Notes under the pieces: model-generated
The model's database searches: none
The model's input: the letters and a program-made list of their open reading frames with translations, nothing else
Told to the model about the DNA's origin: nothing
In this document: piece after piece, positions 15,505 through 27,415 of the stretch
How the letters are laid out: each line of letters begins with the position of its first letter
How positions within the stretch are numbered: position 1 is the first letter of the stretch
Made by a program: the position numbers and the translations under genes
NCBI RefSeq assembly: GCF_002310835.1
Contig: NZ_CP011041.1
Location: forward strand, 510,001 to 542,000
Direction of reading: 5' to 3'
DNA length: 32,000 bases
DNA from: Pseudoalteromonas tetraodonis
GTDB lineage: Bacteria > Pseudomonadota > Gammaproteobacteria > Enterobacterales > Alteromonadaceae

Positions 15505-16975
15505 TTTACACACAATTTTAAAACATTTAGAAATAGATGCAGCACGTTTAATGGTAAACGAGCTGCGTTTAGATAGCCGCGATGTAAAACCAGGTGATGT
15601 GTTTGTGGCGATAAAAGGGCACCAGTTAGATGGTGGGCACTTTATTAGTAAAGCAATTGAAAATGGTGCCAGTGCAATTATTGCCGACAGACTGTGTGAA
15701 TTTGAAAGTGATTTTGAGCCGCTTTATTTAGTCTCAGAGTTGAATAAGAAACTGCCTGTATTGGCGAGTCAATTTTACCAACAACCGAGCAAGCACTTAG
15801 ATTTAGTTGGCGTAACGGGCACCAATGGTAAATCGACTACCACAGCAATGATTGCTCATTTAGCGCAATTTTGTCATACCCAAGCCGCTATTATTGGTAC
15901 CTTAGGTTACGGCCATCCAGATAATTTAACACCACTGCAAAATACTACGCCTTCGGCAGTCGATTTACAGCGTATTTTAAGCGACTTAAAAAATGAGCAA
16001 CACCAATTGGTTGCTATGGAAGTGTCATCGCATGGTTTGGTACAGCACCGTGTTGATCAATGCTATTTTAAAGCCGCAGTGTTTACTAACTTGTCGCGCG
16101 ATCACTTAGATTACCATGGCAATATGCAAAGCTATGGTGATGCTAAATTAATGCTGTTTCGTGATTTTGATGCTGATCATGTCATTCTTAATCAGGATGA
16201 CGGACAAGCAGAGCAATGGATTGAAAAATACAGCTTTAATAGTCTTATTTGTTATGGCCGTAAAAACTTAGCCCCTAAAAATGCACAGTTTGTGTATTTT
16301 TCAGATGTTCAGTATTCAGCAACCGGTATTTCGGCGCAATTAACTACTAGCTGGGGTGATGTTGCCATAAAATCACCGCTGTTTGGTGAATTTAACCTTT
16401 ATAATCTAACGGCTGCGTTAGCAACGCTATTAGCGCTAGGCTATCCATTAACACAGTTAGTAGCAGGATGTGAGTATTTACAGCCGGTAGCCGGCAGGAT
16501 GCAAGCATTTACAGCGCCAAGTATGCCTACTTGCGTTGTTGATTACGCGCATACGCCAGATGCGTTGGCTTTAGCGTTACAAGCGCTGCAGCAACATGTA
16601 CCAGGTGGAGTTAGTTGTGTGTTTGGTTGTGGCGGCGACAGAGATAAAGGAAAGCGTGTACTAATGGCACAAGCTGCTGAGCAGTTTGCAGACAAAGTGA
16701 TCATTACCAGTGATAACCCACGCTCTGAAGACCCTAATGACATTATTAATGATGTAGCTGCGGGATTAGAGCATCCAGAAAACGTTCATTTAGAGGCCGA
16801 TCGCGGTGCCGCGATACAATTTGCTATAGATAACGCAAAAGCCGGTGAGGTTATTTTAATTGCCGGTAAAGGGCATGAAGACTATCAAATTATAGGCGAT
16901 ACACGCATCGATTTTTGTGACCGCCAATTTGTACAACAACAATTAAAAAAAGCAGTAAGAGGGTCTCAAGCATGA
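15491..16975 (+). CDS. murE: UDP-N-acetylmuramoyl-L-alanyl-D-glutamate--2,6-diaminopimelate ligase MurE
   Basis: This 494-aa ORF has the Mur ligase P-loop GVTGTNGKST and a DNPR motif (TSDNPRSEDP). It is in the canonical order. The start could be 15491 or 15494. Confidence 0.95.
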   Translation: MMVRDLHTILKHLEIDAARLMVNELRLDSRDVKPGDVFVAIKGHQLDGGHFISKAIENGASAIIADRLCEFESDFEPLYLVSELNKKLPVLASQFYQQPSKHLDLVGVTGTNGKSTTTAMIAHLAQFCHTQAAIIGTLGYGHPDNLTPLQNTTPSAVDLQRILSDLKNEQHQLVAMEVSSHGLVQHRVDQCYFKAAVFTNLSRDHLDYHGNMQSYGDAKLMLFRDFDADHVILNQDDGQAEQWIEKYSFNSLICYGRKNLAPKNAQFVYFSDVQYSATGISAQLTTSWGDVAIKSPLFGEFNLYNLTAALATLLALGYPLTQLVAGCEYLQPVAGRMQAFTAPSMPTCVVDYAHTPDALALALQALQQHVPGGVSCVFGCGGDRDKGKRVLMAQAAEQFADKVIITSDNPRSEDPNDIINDVAAGLEHPENVHLEADRGAAIQFAIDNAKAGEVILIAGKGHEDYQIIGDTRIDFCDRQFVQQQLKKAVRGSQA

Positions 16976-18360
16976 TCCCGATGGATTTTGATTGGCTAGC
17001 TAATGTGCTAGCAACCGATTATCAAGGTGATAATCGCAAGGTGATAAATATAAACACCGATACCCGTACTTTATGTGATGGTGAAGTGTTTTTGGCGCTT
17101 AAGGGCCCAAATTTTGATGGCCATAAATTTATTGAACAAGCAAAACAAAAAGGCGCTATAGGCGTGATTGTCGATCACGCTGTTGATACCGATATTGCTC
17201 AATTTGTAGTTGCCGATACCCGTATTGCATTAGGCACAATTGGTACAGCAGTGATGGCGCAAGTTGCACCTAAAACTATCGCTATTACTGGCAGTGTAGG
17301 TAAAACCACAGTTAAAGAAATGTGTGCCGCTATTTTATCAAGTAAAGGGGATGTATTAGCCACTAAAGGTAATTTTAACAACGACATTGGCGTACCGTTA
17401 ACTTTACTCAGATTAGAGCCACAACATCGCTTTGCGGTTATTGAATTAGGCGCTAACCACATAGGTGAAATTGCGTACACCACCGCGATGACCAAACCGG
17501 ATGTAGCTGTGGTATGTAATGTTGCTGCTGCCCACTTGGAAGGCTTTGGTAGCCTGCAAGGTGTGGCACAAGCAAAAGGTGAAATTTACGACGGATTAAA
17601 AGAGGATGGCATCGCCATCGTCAATTGCGATAGTGACTTTAGTCAATATTGGCTTGATAAGTTAGCAACGCGCAATATTAAATGTTTTTCGAGTAGTGAA
17701 AAGCTCGATATTTGGGCTGAAGACATCAGCCTAGATGCACAAGCTCGCGCAAGCTTTACTTTGTGCACCAAGCAACACAGTGTGCCGGTTAAGTTAGCAC
17801 TGCCAGGTAAACACAATATTAGTAACGCGCTTATTGCTGCGGCGTTAACCAGTGAGTTTGACGTGTCACTTGAGGACATTGCCAGCGCGTTAGCTACCAT
17901 GGGTGAAGTTAAAGGACGGGTTAACCTAATTGAAGCCAGTGATTCACTCACCATTATCGATGATACATACAATGCTAACGTAAAGTCGGTGAAAGCTGCG
18001 ATTGATTTACTTAGTGATATTCAAGGTCATCGTATTTTGGCACTCGGTGATATGGGTGAACTTGGCGAAGATGCCCGTAAATATCATCAAGAAGTCGGTG
18101 AATACGCATTAGCGCAAGGCATTGATGAGTTATTTACACTCGGAGTATTAAGTAAATGTGCCAGTGATGTATTTGGGCTGCCAAATCGCCATTTCTCTAA
18201 TCGTGAGCAAATGCTGCAGCAAATTCAAAACAGCATTAGCAAAGTAGATAAAAAAATTACCCTTGTCGTGAAAGGATCACGCAGTTCTCGCATGGAGCTT
18301 TTAGTAACCGATTTAGTTAATGGCCAGCAACAAGCCATCAATGGAGTATCATCATGTTAG
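16972..18360 (+). CDS. murF: UDP-N-acetylmuramoyl-tripeptide--D-alanyl-D-alanine ligase MurF
   Basis: This 462-aa ORF has the motifs [24 protein letters not shown] and [11 protein letters not shown], which closely match E. coli MurF. It has an ATGA overlap with murE. Confidence 0.95.
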   Translation: MIPMDFDWLANVLATDYQGDNRKVININTDTRTLCDGEVFLALKGPNFDGHKFIEQAKQKGAIGVIVDHAVDTDIAQFVVADTRIALGTIGTAVMAQVAPKTIAITGSVGKTTVKEMCAAILSSKGDVLATKGNFNNDIGVPLTLLRLEPQHRFAVIELGANHIGEIAYTTAMTKPDVAVVCNVAAAHLEGFGSLQGVAQAKGEIYDGLKEDGIAIVNCDSDFSQYWLDKLATRNIKCFSSSEKLDIWAEDISLDAQARASFTLCTKQHSVPVKLALPGKHNISNALIAAALTSEFDVSLEDIASALATMGEVKGRVNLIEASDSLTIIDDTYNANVKSVKAAIDLLSDIQGHRILALGDMGELGEDARKYHQEVGEYALAQGIDELFTLGVLSKCASDVFGLPNRHFSNREQMLQQIQNSISKVDKKITLVVKGSRSSRMELLVTDLVNGQQQAINGVSSC

Positions 18361-19436
18361 TTTGGCTGGCTGAGTATTTAACTCAATATTATAGTGGCTT
18401 TAATGTTTTTTCGTATTTAACCCTGCGTGCCATTTTAGGTATTTTAACCGCATTGATGATGTCGTTGTATTTTGGTCCTAAGTTAATTCGTGCGCTGCAA
18501 CGCATGCAAATAGGACAAACAGTACGTGATGATGGTCCGCAATCGCACCTATCTAAATCGGGTACGCCGACCATGGGTGGCTTACTTATTTTAGGGGCTA
18601 TTTTTACCAGCACATTATTATGGGCAGACTTGTCTAATAAATACGTATGGGCCACTTTATTTGTAATTGGCTCATTAGGTATTGTGGGCTTTATTGATGA
18701 TTACCGTAAGGTGATCCGTAAAGATCCAAAAGGACTTATTGCAAAGTGGAAATACTTTTGGCAATCGGTAATTGCACTGGTTGTAGCCACTGCGCTTTAC
18801 ATGAGCAGCACACAAGCAACTGAAACGTCACTGGTAGTGCCATTTTTTAAAGATGTACTGCCACAGCTGGGGCTGTTTTATATCGTGATCACCTACTTTG
18901 CGTTGGTGGGCACGTCAAACGCGGTTAATTTAACCGACGGTCTAGACGGTTTAGCCATTGTACCTACTATTTTAGTGGCTGCAGCACTGGCCATTATTGC
19001 TTACTTAACGGGTAATATTAATTTTTCGGCTTATTTGCATATTCCGCATCTACCACTGGCGAGTGAGTTGGTTGTGGTATGTACCGCTATTGTAGGGGCT
19101 GGGTTAGGTTTTTTATGGTTTAACACGTATCCGGCGCAAGTATTTATGGGCGATGTAGGCTCATTAGCACTGGGTGGTGCATTGGGGATTATTGCCGTAC
19201 TTGTTCGCCAAGAGCTGTTACTGATTATTATGGGGGGCGTGTTTGTAATGGAAGCGCTATCGGTAATTTTACAAGTTGGCTCTTACAAATTACGTGGGCA
19301 ACGCATTTTTAGAATGGCGCCTATTCATCACCATTACGAACTTAAAGGTTGGCCGGAGCCACGCGTTATTGTGCGCTTTTGGATAATTTCTATTGTGCTG
19401 GTACTCGCTGGCCTTGCGACATTAAAGATCCGATAA
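18354..19436 (+). CDS. mraY: Phospho-N-acetylmuramoyl-pentapeptide transferase MraY
   Basis: This 360-aa polytopic membrane protein is highly similar to E. coli MraY (MLVWLAEYL start, [29 protein letters not shown]). Confidence 0.97.
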   Translation: MLVWLAEYLTQYYSGFNVFSYLTLRAILGILTALMMSLYFGPKLIRALQRMQIGQTVRDDGPQSHLSKSGTPTMGGLLILGAIFTSTLLWADLSNKYVWATLFVIGSLGIVGFIDDYRKVIRKDPKGLIAKWKYFWQSVIALVVATALYMSSTQATETSLVVPFFKDVLPQLGLFYIVITYFALVGTSNAVNLTDGLDGLAIVPTILVAAALAIIAYLTGNINFSAYLHIPHLPLASELVVVCTAIVGAGLGFLWFNTYPAQVFMGDVGSLALGGALGIIAVLVRQELLLIIMGGVFVMEALSVILQVGSYKLRGQRIFRMAPIHHHYELKGWPEPRVIVRFWIISIVLVLAGLATLKIR

Positions 19437-20771
19437 ATGCAGTATTTAAACGAGATAAAAAATAAACACATAACAGTGCTCGGACTCGGTGTAACCGGTC
19501 TGGGCATTGTGCGTTTTTTATTATCTCAATCAATACAGCCTTATGTGGTCGATAGCAGAGAGAATCCGCCAGGTGTTGATTGGCTCAATCAGCACGCACC
19601 TCAATTAAAAACGCACTTTGGTGACCTAGAAAATGCGGCGCTCAGTGCTTGCGATATGATTATTATTAGTCCCGGGCTAAGCTTAAAAACACCAGCGGTT
19701 GCGAAGGCAATGAATGCCGGTGTAGAAGTGATTGGTGATGTTGAGCTATTTGCCCGCATTAATAGCAAACCAGTCGTTGCTGTAACCGGCTCTAATGGTA
19801 AATCAACCGTAGTAACACTTGCCTACGAAGTATTAAAAACCGCAGGTTATAAGGTGGCACTCGGTGGCAACATTGGCACAGCAGTACTGGATTTACTTGA
19901 CGGTGACTTTGATGTATTTGTATTGGAGCTATCAAGTTTTCAGCTTGATACCACACGCAGCCTAAAAACGACTAGTGCAACCGTGCTTAATATTTCAGAA
20001 GATCATCTCGATCGTTATGATAGTTACCAATCCTATATAGATTCAAAACTAAGTATTTATAATGGTGCTGAACACTTAGTGATTAATGCTGACGATAAGC
20101 AAACACACCCTGTGAATCGCACGTTAGCACCACAACTGAGTTTTGGTGAAACACAAGGCAATTACCACTTAGCACAGCACAATAACGAAGCGCACTTTAT
20201 GGTAAAGGACGAAGCTTATTTACCAGTAAGTGCTTTAGCCGTTGTGGGTAAGCATAACTATTTAAATACCTTGGCAGTGATGGCATTACTCAGCCCATTT
20301 GCAATTACTAAGGCGCATTACAAAACCGCATTAGCTCAATTTAATGGCTTAGCGCACCGTTGTCAGTTTGTGGGTGAGTTTAATGACGTTAAATATTTTA
20401 ATGATTCTAAAGCCACCAATGTAGGCGCAACAATTGCCGCTATTGATAGTTTAGCGGGTGAACAACAAAACTTAGTGGTGATTGCTGGTGGTGATGCTAA
20501 AGGTGCTGATTTAGAGGTGTTAAAGCCTTATATTGAAAAGCATGTAAAAGCGCTGATTTGTTTTGGTAAAGATGCCAAAGATTTAGTGGCACTGAGTGCT
20601 AAAGGTCATTTAACCAATAATATGTCTGAGGCTGTGGCGCTTGCAAAGCAATTAAGTAAATCGGGCGATACCGTTTTACTCGCACCTGCCTGTGCCAGCA
20701 TTGATATGTATAACAATTATATGCAACGCGGCGATGATTTTGTGCAATGTGTATTGCAGGAGCAGTCATGA
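19437..20771 (+). CDS. murD: UDP-N-acetylmuramoylalanine--D-glutamate ligase MurD
   Basis: This 444-aa ORF has the P-loop GSNGKSTV and is in the canonical order. It starts immediately after the mraY stop. Confidence 0.95.
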   Translation: MQYLNEIKNKHITVLGLGVTGLGIVRFLLSQSIQPYVVDSRENPPGVDWLNQHAPQLKTHFGDLENAALSACDMIIISPGLSLKTPAVAKAMNAGVEVIGDVELFARINSKPVVAVTGSNGKSTVVTLAYEVLKTAGYKVALGGNIGTAVLDLLDGDFDVFVLELSSFQLDTTRSLKTTSATVLNISEDHLDRYDSYQSYIDSKLSIYNGAEHLVINADDKQTHPVNRTLAPQLSFGETQGNYHLAQHNNEAHFMVKDEAYLPVSALAVVGKHNYLNTLAVMALLSPFAITKAHYKTALAQFNGLAHRCQFVGEFNDVKYFNDSKATNVGATIAAIDSLAGEQQNLVVIAGGDAKGADLEVLKPYIEKHVKALICFGKDAKDLVALSAKGHLTNNMSEAVALAKQLSKSGDTVLLAPACASIDMYNNYMQRGDDFVQCVLQEQS

Positions 20772-21943
20772 TTGCTTTTGCGGATATTAAAGAGGCACTC
20801 ACCCCTAAACCTTCAGCGCAGCTTTATGATGTGCCACTGCTTTATTGCATGCTAATGCTGATTGGCGTGGGCTTTGTGATGGTCACCAGTGCTTCAATGC
20901 CGACTGCCGATAGACTGTTTGGTAATATCTATCATTTTACTATCCGCCATGGCATCTTTTTAGGGCTATCGTTTTGTTTATTTTGCATTAGTACTCAAGT
21001 ACCTATGTCGTGGTGGAAAAAAGCTAACCCCTACTTGTTACTTATCGGTTTAGTACTGTTATTAGTGGTACTTATTGTAGGACGTGAAGTCAATGGTTCG
21101 ACCCGCTGGATACCCGTAGGACCGTTTAATATTCAAGCCTCCGAGCTCGCTAAGTTATTCTTTTTTAGTTATATCGCAGGCTACTTAGTACGTAAGCGCA
21201 GTGAAGTACAAGAAAACATAAAAGGCTTTGCTAAACCCATAGCGGTATTTGCAGTTTATGCAGCACTTATTTTAATGCAGCCCGATTTAGGGACTGTGGT
21301 AGTGATGTTTGTTACTACGGTTGGTTTGTTGTTTTTAGCCGGAGCCAAGCTTTGGCAGTTTTTTGCACTTATTTTAACCGGTATTGCGCTGGTGGTTGGG
21401 CTTATTGTGTTAGAGCCTTATCGTATGGCGCGTGTGGTTGGCTTTTTAGAACCTTGGGATGACCCTTTTGGCAAAGGCTATCAATTAGTGCAATCACTAA
21501 TGGCTTACAGCCAAGGTGATTGGTTTGGCCAAGGCCTAGGAAACAGCGTACAAAAATTACAATATTTACCAGAAGCGCACACCGACTTTATTTTTGCTGT
21601 TATTGCTGAAGAGTTAGGTTTTATGGGGGTGCTGAGCATTTTAATGGTACTCGGTACTTTAGTATTTAGAGCTTTACTCATTGGCCAAAACGCGCTTAAA
21701 AACGGCAAAGAATATGAAGGCTACTTAGCCTTAGCAATTGGTATTTGGTTTGCGTTTCAAACTATGGTGAATGTGGGCGCCAGTGCCGGTATTTTACCAA
21801 CCAAAGGATTAACCTTGCCGTTTATTTCTTATGGTGGCTCAAGTTTATTAATGATGACCATAGCAACCGGTATTTTATTACGTGTAGATTTTGAGACCAA
21901 GATGGCAACGAAACAAGCCACGTCAGGTGGAGCTAAGCGATGA
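20768..21943 (+). CDS. ftsW: Peptidoglycan glycosyltransferase / lipid II flippase-family protein FtsW (SEDS)
   Basis: It is a SEDS-family polytopic membrane protein. I prefer the ATG at 20768 because it has an AGGAG Shine-Dalgarno at 20757-20761 and an ATGA overlap with the murD stop. The track start at 20747 is less well supported. Confidence 0.93.
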   Translation: MIAFADIKEALTPKPSAQLYDVPLLYCMLMLIGVGFVMVTSASMPTADRLFGNIYHFTIRHGIFLGLSFCLFCISTQVPMSWWKKANPYLLLIGLVLLLVVLIVGREVNGSTRWIPVGPFNIQASELAKLFFFSYIAGYLVRKRSEVQENIKGFAKPIAVFAVYAALILMQPDLGTVVVMFVTTVGLLFLAGAKLWQFFALILTGIALVVGLIVLEPYRMARVVGFLEPWDDPFGKGYQLVQSLMAYSQGDWFGQGLGNSVQKLQYLPEAHTDFIFAVIAEELGFMGVLSILMVLGTLVFRALLIGQNALKNGKEYEGYLALAIGIWFAFQTMVNVGASAGILPTKGLTLPFISYGGSSLLMMTIATGILLRVDFETKMATKQATSGGAKR

Positions 21944-23016
21944 GTAAAAAAATAGTCGTTGTAGCAGGGGGCACAGGTGGACATATTTTTCCAGGGATTG
22001 CCGTTGCTGATTATCTCAAACAGCAAGGTTGGCAAGTTAGCTGGATAGGCACCCCAGATAGAATGGAAGCCAGTGTCGTGCCCAAGCACAACATAGAAAT
22101 TGATTTTATTGATGTAAAAGGCGTGCGAGGGAATGGTTTAAAACGCCTTATTAAAGCGCCATTCATGGTTATTAATGCAATATTGCAAGCGCGTAAGGTA
22201 TTAAAACAACAACGCCCTGACGTCGTTTTAGCTATGGGGGGGTATGTAACTGGCCCAACAGGTATTGCGGCAAAAAGCCTAGGTATTCCTTTGGTGATTC
22301 ACGAACAAAATGCCGTAGCAGGCATGAGCAATAAATGGCTAGCGAAATTTGCGAATCGCGTGTTAGCGGCTTTCCCTAGTGCTTTTGCCAGTGGAAAGGC
22401 AGAGCTGGTGGGTAACCCTGTGCGTCAGAGTGTGGTTGATATACCTAAGCGGGAAGTATCAAGCCCAATCAATATGCTTGTTGTGGGTGGCTCGTTAGGT
22501 GCGCAAGTACTCAACCAAACACTGCCAGAAGCATTTAAGCGCTTGAATGATACTTGTGCCATTAATATTTGGCATCAAACAGGTAAAGGGCACCTTGCTA
22601 GTGTAAGTGAAAGTTACCAGCAGCAACAAATGGGCAATGAGCAAGTGACCGTTGCTGAATTTATTGATGATATGGATACTGCTTATAGCTGGGCAGATAT
22701 TGTGATTTGTCGTGCGGGTGCGCTTACGGTAAGTGAAATTGCCGCAGCGGGTAAAATGGCGGTATTTGTGCCGTTTCCACACGCGGTTGATGATCATCAA
22801 ACAGCCAATGCACAGTATTTAGTAATGGCAGAGGGGGCGTTATTAATGCCACAAGGGCAATTTAATCAGCGCAGTATTGTTGAACTTTTAAGCCCCTATT
22901 TAGCCGAACCTTTATTAATAACTAAAATGGCAGGCAAAGCAAAACAGCAAGCTATTTTAGATGCCACAGCAAGCGTAGCGATGCACTGTGAGCAAGTAAC
23001 AAATAAGAGAACATAA
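21940..23016 (+). CDS. murG: UDP-N-acetylglucosamine--N-acetylmuramyl-(pentapeptide) pyrophosphoryl-undecaprenol GlcNAc transferase MurG
   Basis: This 358-aa ORF has the motifs AGGTGGHIFPG and RAGALTVSE. It is in the canonical order. Confidence 0.95.
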   Translation: MSKKIVVVAGGTGGHIFPGIAVADYLKQQGWQVSWIGTPDRMEASVVPKHNIEIDFIDVKGVRGNGLKRLIKAPFMVINAILQARKVLKQQRPDVVLAMGGYVTGPTGIAAKSLGIPLVIHEQNAVAGMSNKWLAKFANRVLAAFPSAFASGKAELVGNPVRQSVVDIPKREVSSPINMLVVGGSLGAQVLNQTLPEAFKRLNDTCAINIWHQTGKGHLASVSESYQQQQMGNEQVTVAEFIDDMDTAYSWADIVICRAGALTVSEIAAAGKMAVFVPFPHAVDDHQTANAQYLVMAEGALLMPQGQFNQRSIVELLSPYLAEPLLITKMAGKAKQQAILDATASVAMHCEQVTNKRT

Positions 23017-24468
23017 GTGAAACAGACATTAGCAAAAGAAAAATATACACGCCCAGCGATGCGCCGCATTGAAACTATTCACTTTGTAGGGATAGGCGGT
23101 GCAGGCATGGGTGGCATTGCAGAAGTACTTGCTTTTGAAGGTTACCGTATTACCGGTTCAGATATAGCTCACAGCGCAATGACTGAGCGTTTAATTAAAG
23201 CCGGTGCTGAAGTATTTATTGGCCATCATGAAAATAATGTAAAAGACGCTAATGTGGTGGTGGTTTCAAGTGCAATAGATAAAACAAACCCTGAAATTCA
23301 AGCCGCGCAAGCTGCACGTATTCCGGTGGTTCGTCGTGCAGAAATGTTAGCTGAACTGATGCGCTTTCGCCACGGTATAGCCATTGCGGGCACCCATGGT
23401 AAAACGACCACAACCAGCTTAATTGCGAGCATTTATGCACAAGCCGGGCTCGATCCAACCTTTATTATTGGTGGTTTGCTTAACAGTGCTGGCAGCAATG
23501 CTAAGGTAGGTAAAAGTGACTTTTTAATCGCCGAAGCAGATGAAAGCGATGCCTCATTTTTGCATTTACAGCCTATGGTGTCGGTGATCACTAATATTGA
23601 AGAAGATCACATGGAAACCTACGGCGGTAGTTTAGAAAAAATGAAAGATACTTATGTTGAATTCATTCATAACCTGCCTTTTTACGGGTTAGCGGTGGTG
23701 TGCATTGATTCAGACGTTGCTGCTGAATTGATCCCCCGTTTTGGTCGTCCGGTGATCACTTACGGTGAGTCACACGAGGCTGATTATCGAATGAGTGACT
23801 TTAGCCAAACAGCGAACACATGCCAATTTACGGTAACTAATAAACAAGGTGAGAGTTTAACCGCCAAGCTGAATATGCCGGGTAAACATAATGCCCTTAA
23901 TGCAACCGCAGCGATTGCCGTAGCTAAAGATCAAAATATTGCGAATCATGCAATTTTAGCGGCTTTAGATACTTTTGAAGGTATTGGCCGTCGTTTTCAG
24001 CACTACGGTGAATTTGAAAATGAACGCGGCAGCGTGATGCTTGTTGATGACTATGGCCATCACCCATCAGAAGTGGCCGCTACTATCACTGCAGCACGAG
24101 AAGGCTGGCCTGATAAGCGTTTAGTGATGGTGTATCAGCCGCACCGTTATACGCGTACTCGTGATTTATACGAAGATTTTGTTAAGGTATTGGCTGATGT
24201 TGATCAGCTTTTATTACTCGATGTTTACAGTGCTGGCGAAGAGCCGATTGTTGGCGCTGATAGTAAGAGTTTATGCCGTAGTTTGCGCCAGCGTGGCAAA
24301 GAGCCATTACATGTAGCCTCAAGCTCAGAGCTTGCGGGCGTACTTGCCAACTGCCTACAAAATAACGACCTAGTGCTCACACAAGGTGCAGGTAACATAG
24401 GTCAGCTTGTTAAAAATTTAGCAGCCACGAATATGTCGATAGAAAAATTAAAGCAAGGTGAAGTATGA
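23017..24468 (+). CDS. murC: UDP-N-acetylmuramate--L-alanine ligase MurC
   Basis: This 483-aa ORF has a GTG start directly after the murG stop. The motifs [24 protein letters not shown] and GTHGKTTTT match E. coli MurC. Confidence 0.95.
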   Translation: MKQTLAKEKYTRPAMRRIETIHFVGIGGAGMGGIAEVLAFEGYRITGSDIAHSAMTERLIKAGAEVFIGHHENNVKDANVVVVSSAIDKTNPEIQAAQAARIPVVRRAEMLAELMRFRHGIAIAGTHGKTTTTSLIASIYAQAGLDPTFIIGGLLNSAGSNAKVGKSDFLIAEADESDASFLHLQPMVSVITNIEEDHMETYGGSLEKMKDTYVEFIHNLPFYGLAVVCIDSDVAAELIPRFGRPVITYGESHEADYRMSDFSQTANTCQFTVTNKQGESLTAKLNMPGKHNALNATAAIAVAKDQNIANHAILAALDTFEGIGRRFQHYGEFENERGSVMLVDDYGHHPSEVAATITAAREGWPDKRLVMVYQPHRYTRTRDLYEDFVKVLADVDQLLLLDVYSAGEEPIVGADSKSLCRSLRQRGKEPLHVASSSELAGVLANCLQNNDLVLTQGAGNIGQLVKNLAATNMSIEKLKQGEV

Positions 24469-25385
24469 CACAGGTAAATTCCCAGTTTGGTAAAGTAGCG
24501 GTGCTGCTAGGTGGAAATTCAGCAGAGCGTGACGTGTCATTAAAATCTGGTCAAGCGGTATTAAATGCGCTGTTAGACGTTGGCATTGATGCGATAGCGT
24601 TTGATCCACAAAATCGTTCGTTATGGGAATTAAAGTCGTTATACGTTGATCGCGTTTTTATTGCTTTACATGGGCGTGGTGGTGAAGACGGCACGGTACA
24701 AGGTGCTCTAGAATTTATGAACCTGCCGTATACCGGCAGTAATGTTCTGGGTTCGGCACTGGCAATGGATAAAATTCGTTGTAAGCATTTGTTTAAATCG
24801 GCAGGCTTAAGCACCGCACCTTATGCCGTGGTTGATGCTAAAAAAGGCTTTGATGCCAATGCCATTATGGCGCAATTTAAAAAGGTAATGGTTAAGCCAT
24901 CGCACGAGGGCTCCAGTATCGGTATGGCGCAAGCAAGCTCTGCAGAAGAACTTGAAGATGCGCTCACTAATGCATTTAAGTTCGACAGCCAAGTATTGGT
25001 AGAGCAGTGGATCACGGGTCGTGAATTTACCATTACGGTCTTGGGTGATGAAGTACAACCTGTGATTGAAATGAGCACCCCAAACGGATTTTATGACTAC
25101 CAAGCTAAATATCAGTCAAGTAGTACGCAATATCATTGTCCTGCTGATTTATCACCATCGGATACTCAAAAATTACAAGCGATGGCGCTTGATGCGTTTG
25201 ATTTAGTAGGTGCAAGTGGCTGGGGACGAGTCGATGCGATGCAAGATGAACAAGGACATTTTTACTTACTAGAAGTGAATACCGTACCAGGCATGACAGA
25301 AAAATCATTGGTGCCAATGGCAGCAAAAGCCAACGGGGCAAGTTTTGAGCAATTAGTTGTTCGCATTTTGGAGCAAACCCTTTAA
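24465..25385 (+). CDS. ddlB: D-alanine--D-alanine ligase
   Basis: This 306-aa ATP-grasp protein has the Ddl motifs (GGNSAEREVS-like, [19 protein letters not shown]). It has an ATGA overlap with murC. Confidence 0.95.
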   Translation: MTQVNSQFGKVAVLLGGNSAERDVSLKSGQAVLNALLDVGIDAIAFDPQNRSLWELKSLYVDRVFIALHGRGGEDGTVQGALEFMNLPYTGSNVLGSALAMDKIRCKHLFKSAGLSTAPYAVVDAKKGFDANAIMAQFKKVMVKPSHEGSSIGMAQASSAEELEDALTNAFKFDSQVLVEQWITGREFTITVLGDEVQPVIEMSTPNGFYDYQAKYQSSSTQYHCPADLSPSDTQKLQAMALDAFDLVGASGWGRVDAMQDEQGHFYLLEVNTVPGMTEKSLVPMAAKANGASFEQLVVRILEQTL

Positions 25386-25386
25386 T

Positions 25387-26148
25387 ATGCATCCCTTTTT
25401 AGAGAAAGCGCAGCAACTAAAACAGCAACTTAACTGGTCGCTGATTTTTGGAGTGAGTTTTTTTCTAGCCGTGGTGATAGGGTTAATTGAAATAACCAGT
25501 GGGGTTTCGCACTGGTTAGTTGAAAATAAAGATGCACAAATTAAGCATTTAACGGTGCTGGGGAACCCTAAGTACACCGATGAAAAAGCAATAACAGCGG
25601 CAATAAAAAAAGCAGATTTAAGCAGTTTTTTTGAGCTAAACGTAAAGCAAGTTCAGCATTTAGTACAAGAGCTGCCTTGGGTTGCAACGGTATCGGTAAG
25701 AAAGCAATGGCCTGATACCATTCAAGTTTACGTGGTAGAACATCAAGCGGTTGCTCACTGGAATAGTGACTTGCTGATTAATCAAAGCGGTGACGCGTTT
25801 GAAGCAAAAAGTGATAAATTAAGTGCCACTTTACCCCAACTATATGGGCCAGAGGGCAGTGAAAAAGAAGCATGGGTAGCGTTTAAACAGTTTGATGAAA
25901 TGCTCAAAGTCAATGCATTAACGCTCACTAGCCTTGCGCTATCTGAGCGGTTTTCGTGGCAACTTTGGTTAGATAACGGTGTGCGTTTAAATTTAGGACG
26001 CAAAGATAAAGCCAAACGTGTACAACGTTTTATAGACGTTTATTCACGTATAGAAAAACGTGCTGATGCACAGATAGATGCAATTGATTTACGCTACGAT
26101 ACCGGCCTTGCAGTGAGCTATAAGCCACTGCAAGAACAGCAATTATAA
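25387..26148 (+). CDS. ftsQ: Cell division protein FtsQ
   Basis: It is a bitopic protein with one TM helix followed by POTRA/FtsQ-type domains (WPDTIQVYVVEH). The track start (25357) is a TTG inside ddlB. I prefer the ATG at 25387, one nt after the ddlB TAA. Confidence 0.85.
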   Translation: MHPFLEKAQQLKQQLNWSLIFGVSFFLAVVIGLIEITSGVSHWLVENKDAQIKHLTVLGNPKYTDEKAITAAIKKADLSSFFELNVKQVQHLVQELPWVATVSVRKQWPDTIQVYVVEHQAVAHWNSDLLINQSGDAFEAKSDKLSATLPQLYGPEGSEKEAWVAFKQFDEMLKVNALTLTSLALSERFSWQLWLDNGVRLNLGRKDKAKRVQRFIDVYSRIEKRADAQIDAIDLRYDTGLAVSYKPLQEQQL

Positions 26149-26161
26149 TAAAGAGTAAGGC

Positions 26162-27394
26162 ATGACTAAGTCAGCAGAAAGAAACCTAGTGATTGGATTA
26201 GACGTTGGCACTTCTAAAGTAGTGGCCACGGTAGGTGAAATCACCACAGATAACAAGCTCAGCATTGTTGGCGTGGGGAGCCAAGTATCTCATGGAATGG
26301 ATAAAGGCGGTGTTAACGATTTAAATTTAGTGTCTGAGTCTATTCGCCGCGCTATAGATGAAGCCGAATTGATGGCTGATTGTCGTATTAGCTCGGTTTA
26401 TTTGGGTATTTCTGGCAAGCATATTCAGTGTCAGAACGAAAGCGGTGTTGTGGCTATTAATAACACCGAAGTAACCGATGAAGACATTGAAAATGTAATA
26501 CACATTGCTCGTTCAGTGCCAATTTCAGCTGAACGCAAAATGTTGCATGCTTTGCCGCAAGAGTACAGCATTGACATGCAAGAGGGGATTAAAAACCCAC
26601 TCGGCATGAGCGGTGTGCGCATGGAAGCACGCGCGCACATTATTACCTGCTCCAACGACATGGCTAAAAATATAGAAAAATGTGTTGAACGTTGCGGGCT
26701 TGAAGTTGACCAACTTATATTCACAGCGCTTGCTTCGTGTTATTCCGTACTGACGGATGACGAAAAAGAGTTAGGTGTTGCGGTGCTTGATATTGGTGGT
26801 GGTACTATGGATATCACTATTTATATTAATGGTGCGCTGCGTCATTCGGCGGTTATTCCGGTGGCAGGTAACCAAGTAACCGGTGATATTGCAAAAATAT
26901 TTCGTACACCTATATCACATGCTGAGTCACTCAAAGTACAATATGCCTGTGCAAGTAGCCAAATGGCGAGCAGCGAAGACACGATTGAAGTGCCAAGCGT
27001 AGGTGGGCGACCAGCAAGACTGATGTCTAGGCACACGTTATCAGAAGTGGTTGAGCCACGTTTTAGAGAATTATTTGAACTGGCGATGGAAGAAATTCGT
27101 CGTTCAGGATTAGAAGACCAAATTGCAGCAGGTCTCGTCATTACTGGCGGAACTGCTAAAATGACTGGCGCAATGGAAGTGGCTGAAGATATTTTTCAGA
27201 TGCCAGTAAGAATAGGTAAACCAATTGGTGTAGTAGGTTTAACTGATTATGTTGATGATCCATCGTACGCAACCGCTGTAGGTTTGTTACAATACGGGCG
27301 TACTATGCAGTCGATGAATGCACAAAAGTCGAAAGCGGATGATAATAATAATTGGTGGAACCGCATCACAAAATGGTTTCAAGGCGAGTTTTAG
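26162..27394 (+). CDS. ftsA: Cell division protein FtsA
   Basis: This 410-aa actin-like ATPase (VGLDVGTSKV, DIGGGTMD) has a C-terminal amphipathic helix (WWNRITKWFQGEF). Confidence 0.97.
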   Translation: MTKSAERNLVIGLDVGTSKVVATVGEITTDNKLSIVGVGSQVSHGMDKGGVNDLNLVSESIRRAIDEAELMADCRISSVYLGISGKHIQCQNESGVVAINNTEVTDEDIENVIHIARSVPISAERKMLHALPQEYSIDMQEGIKNPLGMSGVRMEARAHIITCSNDMAKNIEKCVERCGLEVDQLIFTALASCYSVLTDDEKELGVAVLDIGGGTMDITIYINGALRHSAVIPVAGNQVTGDIAKIFRTPISHAESLKVQYACASSQMASSEDTIEVPSVGGRPARLMSRHTLSEVVEPRFRELFELAMEEIRRSGLEDQIAAGLVITGGTAKMTGAMEVAEDIFQMPVRIGKPIGVVGLTDYVDDPSYATAVGLLQYGRTMQSMNAQKSKADDNNNWWNRITKWFQGEF

Positions 27395-27415
27395 TACTCA
27401 AGTCGGAGAGTAAAT